DNA of 7,414 bases from a virus (Duplodnaviria; Heunggongvirae; Uroviricota; Caudoviricetes). A program made the translations under genes and the position numbers. How positions within the stretch are numbered: the first letter of the stretch is position 1; each line of letters opens with the position of its first letter. The stretch is from positions 1-7,414 of IMG/VR virus record IMGVR_UViG_2713896831_000005; one strand, given 5' to 3'. The notes under the pieces were generated by a model, which searched no databases, had not been told where the DNA came from, and saw only the letters and a program-made list of their open reading frames with translations. This document shows, one piece after another, positions 6,815 through 7,414 of this stretch.

Positions 6815-7414
6815 TCAGAATTTATAACCGATACCCACGATGAAACCGTCAGTGCGCCAGTCACCACTGCCGGAGCCTTCATAAGCAATATCAATGGCCA
6901 CGGATTCGGTCGGGTTAAACTGCACGCCAGCCCCCCACGCCAGAGACGTGTTGCTGTGGCGACCGTCATCACTTCCGGTCAGCACATCGTGCTTTTTCCC
7001 CTTGTTGTCAGTTACGCGAAGATAATCCCCGGAGAAAGTCGACACACGGCTGTAAGCTACACCCGCCATCGCATACGCGCTGAACCATTCATTCACGCGC
7101 ACAGACGGCCCCGCCATTACGCTGAACCAGCGGTTACGAACGGAATCTTCATGCCAGCGGGTATCGCTGTAACGGGTCAGCTGGCGATTCTTGTCTCCTG
7201 CATAGCTGAATGACGTCACCAGCCCCAGTGTGTCCGTAAACTCATAACGGTATTTCACGTTAATCCCGTTCAGATCATCGCTGCCGGGGACGTTCGTCGA
7301 GGCATGAAGATACCCCGCGCTCAGCGTGGACTGATGTTCAGACGCCCATGCAGGCGCACCGGATACGGCCAGACAAATGGCTGCGGACAAAATTGCTGCA
7401 CAAACTTTACGCAT
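6815..7414 (-). CDS. lom: Lom outer-membrane protein (Ail/Lom/OmpX family beta-barrel, 199 aa)
   Basis: Minus-strand ORF with a signal-peptide-like N-terminus (MRKVCAAILSAAICLAVSGAPAWA). Conserved blocks match lambda Lom as recalled (GINVKYRYE, VMAGP, SAYAMAGVA, and the C-terminal DIAYEGSGSGDWRTDGFIVGIGYKF ending in aromatic F). The start codon is at the last bases of the window, so the promoter and ribosome-binding site are not visible. Confidence 0.95.
   Translation of the reverse strand: MRKVCAAILSAAICLAVSGAPAWASEHQSTLSAGYLHASTNVPGSDDLNGINVKYRYEFTDTLGLVTSFSYAGDKNRQLTRYSDTRWHEDSVRNRWFSVMAGPSVRVNEWFSAYAMAGVAYSRVSTFSGDYLRVTDNKGKKHDVLTGSDDGRHSNTSLAWGAGVQFNPTESVAIDIAYEGSGSGDWRTDGFIVGIGYKF

Noticed and set aside
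6956-7213. 85-aa plus-strand ORF
   Set aside because: Antisense within lom, which has clear Ail/Lom family features including a signal peptide and C-terminal beta-barrel motif.
1-7414. Search for tRNA genes, CRISPR arrays, insertion-sequence inverted repeats or transposase, and integrase/att sites
   Set aside because: No cloverleaf-like tRNA candidates, no regularly spaced direct repeats and no transposase- or integrase-like ORFs were seen. The only repeats are the intragenic stf shaft quasi-repeats. Prophage ends are presumably outside this window.

Overview
This window looks like the tail-fibre end of a lambda-like prophage plus an adjacent cargo (moron) region, read by eye without any database search. 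On the minus strand, three late genes lie in lambda order: lom (outer-membrane protein, 6815..7414), a full-length side tail fibre gene stf (3352..6750) and the tail fibre assembly gene tfa (2768..3352), the last two joined by a TAATG stop/start overlap. A hairpin-plus-T-run terminator (2721..2766) separates these from a convergent plus-strand block of AT-rich accessory genes. That block holds a 303-aa membrane-anchored protein of unknown function (1..912), a DinI-like gene preceded by a LexA-box-like site (1293..1535), and a two-gene module made of a DUF4065/Panacea-type protein (1796..2266) coupled by TAATG to a small protein with two C-terminal transmembrane helices (2266..2652). The two-gene module is the best candidate for an undescribed toxin-antitoxin or anti-phage system, with the upstream membrane protein a second candidate. 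No tRNA, rRNA, CRISPR array, insertion sequence or attachment site was recognised.
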